Source: an uncultured Gammaproteobacteria bacterium (GTDB taxonomy: Bacteria > Pseudomonadota > Gammaproteobacteria > Steroidobacterales > BM003). Taken from it: a stretch of 64,000 nucleotides of DNA. Numbering within the stretch: position 1 is the stretch's first letter; each line of letters opens with the position of its first letter. This document shows, in pieces, positions 43,061 through 52,611 of this stretch. The stretch lies in contig CAVOVJ010000001.1 of assembly GCA_963699835.1 (NCBI GenBank), positions 160,946 through 224,945 of the forward strand. The letters are read 5' to 3'. Position numbers and translations under genes: made by a program. The notes under the pieces are model-generated. The model made no database searches. It worked only from the letters and a program-made list of their open reading frames with translations, and was not told where the DNA came from.

Positions 43061-46000
43061 TCATGCAGCCGAAATCTGGCGCCTCCGCCACATCAGGTAC
43101 AGGGCCGGGATTACCGTTACGGCAAGCAGCAATGCGCTTGCCAGACCGCCTACCATGGGCGCAGCAATTCTGCGCATGACTTCCGAACCCGCTCCGCCAC
43201 CCAGCATAATCGGCATCAGCCCGACCAGCGTCGCGATCACCGTCATCAATATCGGCCTGATCCGTCGCTGCACGCCCTCGAATATGGCCTCATGCAGGTC
43301 AGCCATAGAGATTCCATCGGGGTTGCTTTCGGTTATTCTGCAATAAGCTGCATTGAGATAGACCAGCATGACCACGCCAATTTCGACGGCGAGCCCGGCG
43401 AGTCCGATAAACCCGACCCCGACTGCGACCGACATGTTGTAGCCGAGTAAATAGACCAGCCAGATACCTCCGATCAATGCCAGCGGCAGGCTGCCAAGTA
43501 TGATCAGAACCTCGGCGGGACTGCGAAAATTCAATGCCAGCAGCATGACAATGATCAGGAGCGTAAACGGAATTAGCAGTCGCAGCCGTTCCGCGGCGCG
43601 CAGCCAGTACTCGTATTGTCCGGACCACGCGATCGAGTACCCCGCGGGCAAATCGACTTTTTCGCTGACTGCGGCACGCGCGCGCTCGACATAGGCGCGC
43701 AAGTCGTCGCTGTCAAGATCGACATAAACCCACCCATTGGGCCGCGCATTCTCGCTTTTTATCATCGGCGGACCATCGCTTACCTCGATCCGGGCGAGTT
43801 CGCCCAGCGGCACCGCGGCACCGGATTCAATAATCACCGGCAGTTCACGCAGATTGTCCACAGAGTCGCGCAAATCTCGCGGATAGCGAATATTGACCGG
43901 GTAGCGCTCCAGTCCCTCGATAGTCTGCGTTAGCGACATTCCGCCGATCGCGGTCGCCACCACGCGCTGAATGTCCGCGACATCCATGCCGTAACGGGCA
44001 GCGGCCGCACGGTCTGTCGTGATATCAATGTAGCGTCCGCCGGAAACCCGTTCCGCATACACCGTACGGGTGCCCGGCACTGCTCTGACGACTGCTTCGA
44101 TGTCACGCCCGATATCCTCGATAACCTCGAGATCGGGTCCGGCAATCTTGATTCCGACCGGCGTCTTGATCCCGGTCGCGAGCATGTCGATACGGGTCTT
44201 GATTGGCATCACCCAGCTATTTGTCAGGCCTGGAAAGTTTACAACCTCGTCCAGTTCACGTTTCAGGTCGGCGAGCGTCAGGCCGGGCCGCCAATCCTCG
44301 CGCGGCTTTAACTGGATCATCGTCTCTATCATTGTCAGCGGCGCCGGGTCGGTGGCGGTCTCAGCCCGCCCCACCTTGCCGAAGACCCGCTCGACCTCGG
44401 GGACGGAACGGATGAGACGATCGGTTTGCTGCAGCAGTTCGGCCGCCTTGCCTGCTGAAATACCGGGAAGCGTGGTCGGCATATACAGCAAATCACCCTC
44501 GTCGAGTTCCGGCATGAATTCGGCACCGAGGCGCTGCCATGGCCACGCCGTCACCACGACGAGTACAAGCGCAAGCGCAAGAATGCTGCGCGGGAAACGC
44601 AATGCCAAGCGAACCGGGTAGCCGAATAGCTGCACCAGTGCGCGGTTCAGCGGGTTGTCCTGCTCCCTGCGGATCCTGCCGCGTACGAGAAGGCCCATCA
44701 GCACCGGGACCAGTGTCACGGCAAGAATGGCCGCTGCTGCCATCGCGTAAGTCTTGGTGTAGGCCAGCGGGGCGAACAATCGTCCCTCCTGAGCCTCGAG
44801 GGTGAATACCGGCAGAAAGCTGACAGTCGTGATCAGCAACGAAAAGAAAATCGGTTTCCCTACTTCGCGGCTTGACGCCAGGACCAGCGCCCAACGGTCG
44901 GCATCGGATCCGGCATCCTCTATATGCTTGTGCAGGTTTTCGACCATCACGATCGCGGCATCGACCATCACACCGATGGCAATCGCGATTCCACCGAGGG
45001 ACATGATGTTTGCATTGATACCCTGGAAATACATAACGGCATATGCGGCCAGGACGCCCAGCGGGAGCGCAATGACGGCGACGAGACCGGAACGAAAATG
45101 GCCGAGAAACACGATGCACACCAGCAAAACCATCGCCAGTTCCTGCAGCAGCTTGGTGTTGAGCGTGGACACCGCTCGATCGATCAGTTCGGCGCGGTCG
45201 TAGGTGACCACGATCTCCACCCCGGGCGGCAGGCTGGAGCGCAACTCATCGAGCCGTCGCTGCACACCGGCGATCGTACTGCGCGCGTTCTCTCCCCATC
45301 GCATCACGACGATACCGCCGACCACCTCGCCCTCGCCATCGAGATCGGCAATGCCACGCCGCATCTGCGGTCCGATCTGTACGCTTGCGACATCGCGTAG
45401 CAGAATGGGCGTGCCTTGTCCGGTCAGTCCCACGGGGATTTTTTCGATATCCGCGATCGAGCGCAGATAGCCGGTCCCGCGGATCATGTATTCGGCTTCG
45501 GCGAGTTCGATTACCGACCCGCCAACCTCCTGGTTACCATCGCGGACAGCCCGGACGATGCGGTCGAGCGGAAGGCCGTAGGCACGCATGCGGCTCGGAT
45601 CCAGCACTATCTGGTACTGGCGCACCATGCCACCTACTGTGGCCACCTCTGCCACACCGGGTACGGTCTGCAACTCGAATTTCAGGAACCAGTCCTGGAT
45701 GCTGCGCAACTGGGCAAGGTCATGGCGCCCACTGCGGTCAACGAGAGCGTACTGAAAAATCCAGCCAACGCCGGTGGCATCCGGGCCGAGCACCGGCCGT
45801 GCCTCTGCGGGGAGAACACCGGCGACCTGGCTGAGGCTTTCCAGCACCCGACTGCGTGCCCAGTAGAGATCCGTGCCGTCTTCGAACAGTACGTAAACGT
45901 AAGAGTCGCCGAAATAGGAATAACCTCTCACGCTCGTCGCCCCCGGGACCGACAACAGGGCCGTTGTCAGCGGGTAGGTCACCTGGTCTTCGACAACCTG

Positions 46001-46174
46001 CGGCGCCTGTCCCGGATAAGGTGTCTTGATGATCACCTGAACGTCGGACAGATCCGGAATCGCATCCACCGGGGTATGCCGGACCGCGAAAAATGACCAC
46101 GCCGCGAGCAGCGCTGCAAAAGTCAGCACGATTACCCGGTTGCGGATCGACCATTCGAGGATCGCATCGATCAT
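43061..46174 (-). CDS. cusA: CusA-type heavy-metal RND efflux permease
   Basis: DAIPDLSDVQV, DLYWARSRVLE, GPDATGVGW, GDLLYMP and MRRIAAPMVGG motifs. Confidence 0.95.
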   Translation of the reverse strand: MIDAILEWSIRNRVIVLTFAALLAAWSFFAVRHTPVDAIPDLSDVQVIIKTPYPGQAPQVVEDQVTYPLTTALLSVPGATSVRGYSYFGDSYVYVLFEDGTDLYWARSRVLESLSQVAGVLPAEARPVLGPDATGVGWIFQYALVDRSGRHDLAQLRSIQDWFLKFELQTVPGVAEVATVGGMVRQYQIVLDPSRMRAYGLPLDRIVRAVRDGNQEVGGSVIELAEAEYMIRGTGYLRSIADIEKIPVGLTGQGTPILLRDVASVQIGPQMRRGIADLDGEGEVVGGIVVMRWGENARSTIAGVQRRLDELRSSLPPGVEIVVTYDRAELIDRAVSTLNTKLLQELAMVLLVCIVFLGHFRSGLVAVIALPLGVLAAYAVMYFQGINANIMSLGGIAIAIGVMVDAAIVMVENLHKHIEDAGSDADRWALVLASSREVGKPIFFSLLITTVSFLPVFTLEAQEGRLFAPLAYTKTYAMAAAAILAVTLVPVLMGLLVRGRIRREQDNPLNRALVQLFGYPVRLALRFPRSILALALVLVVVTAWPWQRLGAEFMPELDEGDLLYMPTTLPGISAGKAAELLQQTDRLIRSVPEVERVFGKVGRAETATDPAPLTMIETMIQLKPREDWRPGLTLADLKRELDEVVNFPGLTNSWVMPIKTRIDMLATGIKTPVGIKIAGPDLEVIEDIGRDIEAVVRAVPGTRTVYAERVSGGRYIDITTDRAAAARYGMDVADIQRVVATAIGGMSLTQTIEGLERYPVNIRYPRDLRDSVDNLRELPVIIESGAAVPLGELARIEVSDGPPMIKSENARPNGWVYVDLDSDDLRAYVERARAAVSEKVDLPAGYSIAWSGQYEYWLRAAERLRLLIPFTLLIIVMLLALNFRSPAEVLIILGSLPLALIGGIWLVYLLGYNMSVAVGVGFIGLAGLAVEIGVVMLVYLNAAYCRITESNPDGISMADLHEAIFEGVQRRIRPILMTVIATLVGLMPIMLGGGAGSEVMRRIAAPMVGGLASALLLAVTVIPALYLMWRRRQISAA

Positions 46175-47556
46175 CGCAATCTCCCCGCAAGAGCTTTTGC
46201 CCCATTTGCCGGGTTCATCGGACTTCCCCGGTGTCCTCGGTCTCCGCCAGTCGCTGCAGTCCGGACTTCAAGACTCGCTTCGGAATCGATAAGGAACTGC
46301 CCTGAAGTGACCACCGTCTCACCGGTTTCAAGGCCAGCGCTGATGGCAACGTAGTCCCCGGACTCCATGCCGGGAACAACCTCACGCGGCTGAAAACCGT
46401 TGCCGGGTAATCTGACAACGACCCGATTGCCACGGCCACTGCGGATCAATGCCTCACGCGGTATAAAAACCAGGTCCTCGCTGCGACCGCCAAAAATGGT
46501 GGCGTCGACATATGAGCCCGGTCGCAGGAGTCCGTCCGGGTTGTCCAACTTGATTCTCACCGGTAGCGCATGCGATTGCGGATCAACTTCCGGATAGATG
46601 AAATCGACCCGCCCGCTCCATTTTCGCCCCGGGAACGCCGCGCTGGTGATCTCCGCCACCTGGCCTACTTCGACCCAGGACTGTTGCGACTCGAAGACCT
46701 CCGCCAGAATCCAGATACTGTCGACATCGGCCAGGCTGAGAACGATCGTTGCCGGTGTCACATACATACCCTCGCGAATATCGAGACCGACAACCGCGGC
46801 TGCTTGCCGGGCCCGGTACTGGACCCGCGGATTGACTTCCTTGGTGCGCTCGATCTGGCGCACCGTTTCAGCCGGCACTCCCAGCGCCGTGAGTCGCTGT
46901 CGCGACGCCTTGACCAGGCTCTCACCGCCCATACGCAATGCCTGCACGTACTCTTCCTGCGCCGTGACCAGTGCCGGCGCGTATATTTCAAAGAGAACCT
47001 GGCCCTCGCTGACGACATCTCCCTGCGTTTTGACGCTCAGAGTCTCGACCCAGCCTTCGGCGCGCGGATGAATATGACGTAAAGTCGATTCGTCGTAGGT
47101 GACCCGGCCAAAGGAGCGGATTCGTTTCCATAGCCTGCCCTTTTCCACCGTCGCTGTTCGCAATCCAAAATTTTGCGCGACGCGCGGATCGATGCGAACG
47201 CTCGCGCCGCCGTCATCGTCATAAACCGGAACATAGTCCATACCCATTTCGTCCCGAGCTGGTTCCATTGACGTGATTTCAGGATTGTGGGGATGACGGT
47301 AATACAACGGTACACGCGCACCTGGCGCTGCGGTTTCCTGGCGTCGCTGCACCAGGTCCATGCCGCAAATCGGGCAACGCCCGGGTTCATCACTGGTGAC
47401 ATCGGGGTGCATCGGACATACATAGCCCGGTTGGGCGTGCGCCAGTGCATGATCGGCGAAGCCCGCGGCGCCCTCGAAAGTGTCTTCCTTTTTGCTACAG
47501 CCCGGCAAGCCGAATACCAGGACAAGTCCTGCCGCGATTCCGATTACTATTTTCAT
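46171..47556 (-). CDS. cusB: CusB-type periplasmic adaptor with N-terminal heavy-metal-binding repeats
   Basis: YVCPMHP...PGRCPICGMDL, a second degenerate repeat YYRHPHNP...MGMDYVPVY, and SGQFLIDSE. A probable frameshift near 46270 would move the true stop to 46215. Confidence 0.9.
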   Translation of the reverse strand: MKIVIGIAAGLVLVFGLPGCSKKEDTFEGAAGFADHALAHAQPGYVCPMHPDVTSDEPGRCPICGMDLVQRRQETAAPGARVPLYYRHPHNPEITSMEPARDEMGMDYVPVYDDDGGASVRIDPRVAQNFGLRTATVEKGRLWKRIRSFGRVTYDESTLRHIHPRAEGWVETLSVKTQGDVVSEGQVLFEIYAPALVTAQEEYVQALRMGGESLVKASRQRLTALGVPAETVRQIERTKEVNPRVQYRARQAAAVVGLDIREGMYVTPATIVLSLADVDSIWILAEVFESQQSWVEVGQVAEITSAAFPGRKWSGRVDFIYPEVDPQSHALPVRIKLDNPDGLLRPGSYVDATIFGGRSEDLVFIPREALIRSGRGNRVVVRLPGNGFQPREVVPGMESGDYVAISAGLETGETVVTSGQFLIDSEASLEVRTAATGGDRGHRGSPMNPANGAKALAGRLR

Positions 47557-48836
47557 TGCGGATCCTCCTCGGTCAGGTACAGGAGCCTGGCCCGGTTCCT
47601 CGCGAGATCCGCACGGATCGACACGTAGGAAAGCTCTTGGGTCAACAGCAGAGTTTGCGCCCCGACCAGCTCGGCGAAGCTCGCATAGTCATTTTGATAA
47701 GCCGCTCGGGTAGCCTCCACATTGGTGTTGGCGTCGGGCAGCACTTCGCGCTGAAACAGCGAATCGCGTGCCTCGAGTTCGGTGACACTCGCCCATAATG
47801 CATCGAGTTGGGAGACCAGCTCGCGGTGGCGATCGGTCTCCGCTTCGTGCGCCGCACGCCGTTCCGCCTGTGCCGCGGCCAGCTCGCGGTCCTGGCGCCG
47901 GCCACTCAGCAGCGGAAGACTGAAATTCACCATTGCCGAGAAGAAATCCGGGCGCTCGTCGCCGCTGGCATCCTCACCGCTGCGAAAACCGTAGGCGACG
48001 TCAACACCGAAGCTCGGCTTGTAGCGTTCGCGTGCAAGCTCCTCGCCAAGTTGACGAACCTCCACGGTGTTGGCACTCGCGCGCAAAAGCGGGTGTCTCC
48101 CGATGCCCTGCAGTGCCGTCATGTAGTCCGCCGGCGGCGCAAAAGCGGGGATAACGATGTTGGTGCCGGGCGCCAGGGCCGCTCCGGTCCAGCGGCTCAA
48201 CTGCGCGATCCGGTTGGCAATCTCGCCCTCGAGATTCAACAGGCGATCGCCCAGCAGACGCCGTTCCAGGCGCGCGCGAACCACGTCGTGTTGCCCGCTC
48301 CTGCCGCTGGAATAACTTGCCGTGACCGCATCCTCGAGTTCTCGATACCATTGCCGTTTTCGCTCGACGATGCGGGCAGCATCCTGCAATTGCGCAATAT
48401 CGGTCCACAACAGGCGAACCTGGCGCCGGATCATGCGTTGCCGCTCTGCGAGGAACTCGGCCTGTGCTGCGGCCTCAGTCGCATGACTGGCCGAGCGCAG
48501 GGCAAGTGTGCGGCCGGGCGGGAAACTCTGGCTTAGCCCCACCAGCAGCTGGGTCATCGGTTCCTGGTCCAGTTCGAAGCTGTCGACTGGAAGGTTCATC
48601 GCGCCAAGGCGCAAGCGCGGATCGGGCAGTTGACCCGAAGTTACAACGCGCGCTTCAAGCGCCTCGCGGGTCGCCTCGATTTGCGCCAGACCGGCATCGC
48701 GCTCGATTGCGAGTGTTTCTGCCTCGTGCAGGCTGGCAAGGACCCCGGACGCGCATGCGAAATCCGGCAAACTGATTGACAGCGCCAGAAATGCTAATGG
48801 CGCAAGCCCGTTAAAGGGCGATAAAAAACGCAACAT
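47553..48836 (-). CDS. TolC-family outer membrane efflux protein of the heavy-metal RND system
   Basis: Signal peptide, LPDPRL...NLP...QEPMTQ motif; first structural gene before cusBA. Confidence 0.88.
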   Translation of the reverse strand: MLRFLSPFNGLAPLAFLALSISLPDFACASGVLASLHEAETLAIERDAGLAQIEATREALEARVVTSGQLPDPRLRLGAMNLPVDSFELDQEPMTQLLVGLSQSFPPGRTLALRSASHATEAAAQAEFLAERQRMIRRQVRLLWTDIAQLQDAARIVERKRQWYRELEDAVTASYSSGRSGQHDVVRARLERRLLGDRLLNLEGEIANRIAQLSRWTGAALAPGTNIVIPAFAPPADYMTALQGIGRHPLLRASANTVEVRQLGEELARERYKPSFGVDVAYGFRSGEDASGDERPDFFSAMVNFSLPLLSGRRQDRELAAAQAERRAAHEAETDRHRELVSQLDALWASVTELEARDSLFQREVLPDANTNVEATRAAYQNDYASFAELVGAQTLLLTQELSYVSIRADLARNRARLLYLTEEDPQ

Positions 48837-48888
48837 GGATAGCTACCTCTTGAGACGGCGAACGGCAAGTCCGAAGTCGGCAAGCGGG

Positions 48889-49320
48889 CTATTCGATGAA
48901 GCGGCAGAAATCCAGGAAAGGTGGCGGGTGGTGGTGAGGTTCGTCAGCTGCAGCGGCGAGCGAAAGTCGGGCAAGGCCAGACGGAGCAGCCAGCACGACT
49001 GCCCAGTCAACCGTCGAGGCGTCTGCTGACTGGGTCTTCAGCTTGGAGTCGGAACCGGGCGTGCGGGCGTCATAATCATAGGCATCGACAAAACTGCAGA
49101 GATCGTCACCAGACGAATTGGGCATTTCCTCTGGCGGGCAATGCGGGCAATGCTCGTTGCCGTGCGCGTCCGCCGTCATTGCCGCTACGTCATTCGCGCT
49201 ATCCGCCTCCAGCGCCATCAGGCAGGGCTGCGCGGCCATATTCATCCATACCACGACAAAAAGCCCAAGCGTCGTTCGGGCTATTCGCGGTGTAAATTTA
49301 CGCAGGAGACGCAAACTCAT
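48889..49320 (-). CDS. Small exported Cys/His/Pro-rich protein, DUF2946/CopL-like
   Basis: Hydrophobic N-terminus, HGNEHCPHCPP, C-terminal EPHHHPPPFLDFCRF; lies about 50 nt before the efflux operon. Confidence 0.6.
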   Translation of the reverse strand: MSLRLLRKFTPRIARTTLGLFVVVWMNMAAQPCLMALEADSANDVAAMTADAHGNEHCPHCPPEEMPNSSGDDLCSFVDAYDYDARTPGSDSKLKTQSADASTVDWAVVLAAPSGLARLSLAAAADEPHHHPPPFLDFCRFIE

Positions 49321-49461
49321 TGGCGATCTACGGCTTTTGCAACTGTCACTGGAGAATATTACTGTGACGACTGCATGGCAAGGGCCGAGGGTCACAGGTT
49401 GTGGCCGTCCGCATTGCGTAACCCACCAGCGCATGACCCGCTGCTCGAGGCGAGGAAAGAG

Positions 49462-50757
49462 ATGAGTACAGTGTCGGCCGTCCGGGGAACACTCCTCGTG
49501 ATTGGTTGCGTCGCAGTGCTTCTGTTGGCAGGGTCAGGACGCGCAATCAGCGAAACTGCGCTCGCCTCCGCGACGAGATTTCGACTGATGCAGAGTCCCG
49601 CCGCAGCCGGTGCGCGGACGCCCCACCTTGCGGCTGACGATACCGGTGGTGTCCTTTTCAGTTGGCTCGAGCGCGGCGCCGACAGCAACCACTGGAGACT
49701 GAAATACAGCCGTTACGATGCTGGCGAATGGCAAGCGCCGCGGAAAGTAGCCGACGGAAGTAGCTGGTTTGTTAACTGGGCCGACTTTCCCTCCGTGGTG
49801 GCGATTGTCGGGCCAGCGTCTCGCCGCACACTGGCTGGCAAAGCGCGAAGGCGGCGTCTACGCGTACGATGTCATGCTCAGTCAGTCGGTTGATGGCGGA
49901 ATATCCTGGTCTCCGCCGGTCAGTCCCCACGACGATGGCACCGCGACGGAACACGGCTTCGTCAGCCTGTTTCCGTGGCGCGGAGAAACCGGTGTGATCT
50001 GGCTCGACGGCCGCGAGACAGCAGTCGAGCGGGCAGCCGAGCGGCGGGCAGGCTCATTCGGGCCATCATGGCGGCATGACGCTACGTTACGCGCTGCTCG
50101 ACGCCGACAACGCGGTGCTGGAGCAAAGCCTTGTCGACGAGCTGGTCTGCGACTGCTGCCAGACCGATGCGGCGGCCGCCGGCGACCAGGCGCTGATCGT
50201 TTTTCGCAATCGTACCGAGCATGAGATCAGGGATATTTATTACAGCCGCATGGGTCCGCGTGGGTGGAGCGATCCGCAACCAGTGGCTGACGACGGGTGG
50301 CAGATGCCTGCCTGCCCGGTCAACGGACCCGCGCTCGACACCAAGGAAAATTCTGCGGCAGTGGCGTGGTTCACCGCCGCGCAAGGACAGGGCTCGGGTT
50401 CAGGTGGCGTTTTCGTCCGCAACCGGATTCGCTGCACCCATCGTTGTCGATGCGCGTGATCCGCTGGGGCGCGTCGATATCGTCCTCATCGATTCGCGCA
50501 CGGCTGCCGTCTCCTGGCTCGGCACCGCGGAGCAAAAAGGCCGGGCCACGCTGCGCGTTGCATTTGTCGACCGCGACAGCGGCAAACTCGCCGAATTGAC
50601 GCTACACACGCTCGCTGCGAGCCGCCTTGCCGGCTTTCCCCAGGCGGTGGCGAGCCCGGGCGGATTGATGTTCGCGTGGAGCGAGCCGGGGGACCCGGGC
50701 CAGGTGCGAACGGGGTTTCTGACTGTTCCGGATGATTACCTCGACAATCTTCGCTAG
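49462..50757 (+). CDS. Exported BNR-repeat (sialidase-like beta-propeller) protein; three frameshifts near 49804, 50040 and 50391
   Basis: Stitched frames give WFVNWADFPS, SVDGGISW (Asp-box), TEHGFVSL, VCDCCQT, CPVNGP, LGRVD and GFPQ. Confidence 0.72.
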
Positions 50758-50761
50758 TTGG

Positions 50762-50775
50762 TAAGTAGTTTTCCC
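50762..50775 (+). promoter_or_regulatory. Candidate FixJ-type binding site
   Basis: TAAGTAGTTTTCCC resembles the GTAGTTTCCC FixJ site I recall from the Sinorhizobium fixK promoter; about 70 nt upstream of the next ATG. Confidence 0.4.
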
Positions 50776-50842
50776 GATAGCACTCGCGACCCAATCGGCG
50801 CTACATCAGTAACAGGGCCAAATGCAAATGCAGGAGGCAGCA

Positions 50843-51281
50843 ATGGCAACTCGATGGATTGTCGTGGCCCACAGCGCCGAGGCGAAAATTTACGCTACGG
50901 ACAAGGTCGGCCGCGAACCGGTAGTCTGGCGCACTCTCGAACACCCTGCGAGTCGGCGCAAGGACATTGACCTGGTTGCCGACCGTCCGGGACGGACCTT
51001 CGACAGTGCGGGCCAGGGGCGTCATGCAATGGCGACCCGGCATACGCCGAAGGACCGCGAATCCGACATTTTTGCGGCCGAGATCAGCGAACTGCTCGAA
51101 TATGGCCGTACCCGTTCCCTCTACGATGAACTCGTACTGATTGCTCCGCCGCGATTTTCTCGGGCAGCTGCGCAAGGCTATGGGCGAAGAGGTTCGCAAG
51201 AACGTCGTTACGGAGGTTGGCAAGAATCTCATCGATCAGGATATCGGTGCGATTTGCCGGGGTCTGGAACAAGCGTGCTGA
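50843..51281 (+). CDS. Host-attachment (AtsE/baeRF12) family protein; frameshift near 51157
   Basis: WIVVA...A, DLVADRPGRTFDS and LVLIAPPRF motifs. Removing one T restores PPRFLGQLRKAM...EVGKNL. Confidence 0.82.
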
Positions 51282-51379
51282 GCTGCGACCCGGCAGCAGA
51301 ATCGTGGCTCGCGGGAATAGCTTGGGGGCATGCAGTGGCTCGCTGACTTCGGTTGCGCTGACAGCCGGGAGGATCGGCT

Positions 51380-52558
51380 ATGTCGCAGTACAAATCAGCG
51401 TCAATATTGCCGTGGATGCGTGAAATTCGCCGCGCCATTCACAGCAATCCCGAGCTTTCTTTCGCAGAGGTTAAAACAGCCGGGCGCATCACTGCGGAAC
51501 TCGAGGCATTGGGTATCGAGTACCGCTACAACGGCCCGGGTAGTGCCGTCACCGCGCGGATCTCCGGGACCAACAATGATACCGGGGCGATCGCGCTACG
51601 TGCCGAGATGGATGCACTGCCGGGTCGCGAGACTACTGGCCTGGCGTTTGCGCCGAACAACGGCAATGCGATGCACGCATGCGGTCATGACGCCCACATG
51701 GCGATGCTGCTGGGCGCTGCCCGTCTGTTGCGGACAACACCTCCCCCGGGCCCGGTTGTTCTGGTGTTCCAGCCGGCCGAAGAACGCGGGTCCGGTTCTC
51801 GCAGGACCATCGCCGATGGCGCGCTCGAAAACGTAAGGGCGATATTCGCCGGGCATGTCACACACCAGTATCAAACGGGTCAGATCATGGTGGCCGCTGG
51901 CGTGATGACCGCCCAGTCGGACCGGTTCCGGATTCACATCAGGGGCCGCGGCGGACACGGTGCGCGTCCGCACGAGGCCACCGATGCGATCGTAATTGCC
52001 GGTTTCCTGATCACGGCAATCCAGACCCTTGTTTCGCGCGAGATCAACCCGCTGCATCCGTCAGTGGTGACGATCGGGCGAATCGAGGGCGGTTCCGCGG
52101 CCAACGTAATTGCCGCGGAAGCACTGCTCGAAGGTACGATTCGTACGACGGTAGACGAAGTTCGGGAGCAGCTTCATAGCGGATTGCGGCGCATGGTCGA
52201 GGCGACGGCCGCCCTGCACGATGCCCGTGTCGAACTCGAAATACACGCCGGGAATCCACCGGTCGTCAACAGTCCGCGCGAGGCGGCCATAGCGCGCCGC
52301 GCCGCATGTCACGTTGTCGGGGAGCCGGCCGTTCCCGGCACGGAATACCCGAGCATGGGGTCGGAGGATTTCTCCTACTATCTCGATGTCTGCCCGGGTT
52401 GTTACGTACGCTTCGGCGCCAGAGCGCCTGATTGGGAACCGATACCGTTGCACAGCCCCGCCTTCGACATCGACGAGGACGTGTTGATGGTGGGCGCGGA
52501 CTTTTTCGACGCTGTCACGCGAGAGGCCATGAGCGACCATAGCTGGAGACGAATATAA
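51380..52558 (+). CDS. M20D family amidohydrolase
   Basis: HSNPELSF, MHACGHD, FQPAEE, GGHGARPH, SEDFS and LHSP motifs. Confidence 0.92.
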   Translation: MSQYKSASILPWMREIRRAIHSNPELSFAEVKTAGRITAELEALGIEYRYNGPGSAVTARISGTNNDTGAIALRAEMDALPGRETTGLAFAPNNGNAMHACGHDAHMAMLLGAARLLRTTPPPGPVVLVFQPAEERGSGSRRTIADGALENVRAIFAGHVTHQYQTGQIMVAAGVMTAQSDRFRIHIRGRGGHGARPHEATDAIVIAGFLITAIQTLVSREINPLHPSVVTIGRIEGGSAANVIAAEALLEGTIRTTVDEVREQLHSGLRRMVEATAALHDARVELEIHAGNPPVVNSPREAAIARRAACHVVGEPAVPGTEYPSMGSEDFSYYLDVCPGCYVRFGARAPDWEPIPLHSPAFDIDEDVLMVGADFFDAVTREAMSDHSWRRI

Positions 52559-52611
52559 ACAACGCGGCGCGCTCCGCCCTGCCGCGTTTTAATCCGTGTC
52601 CCTCGCACAGC

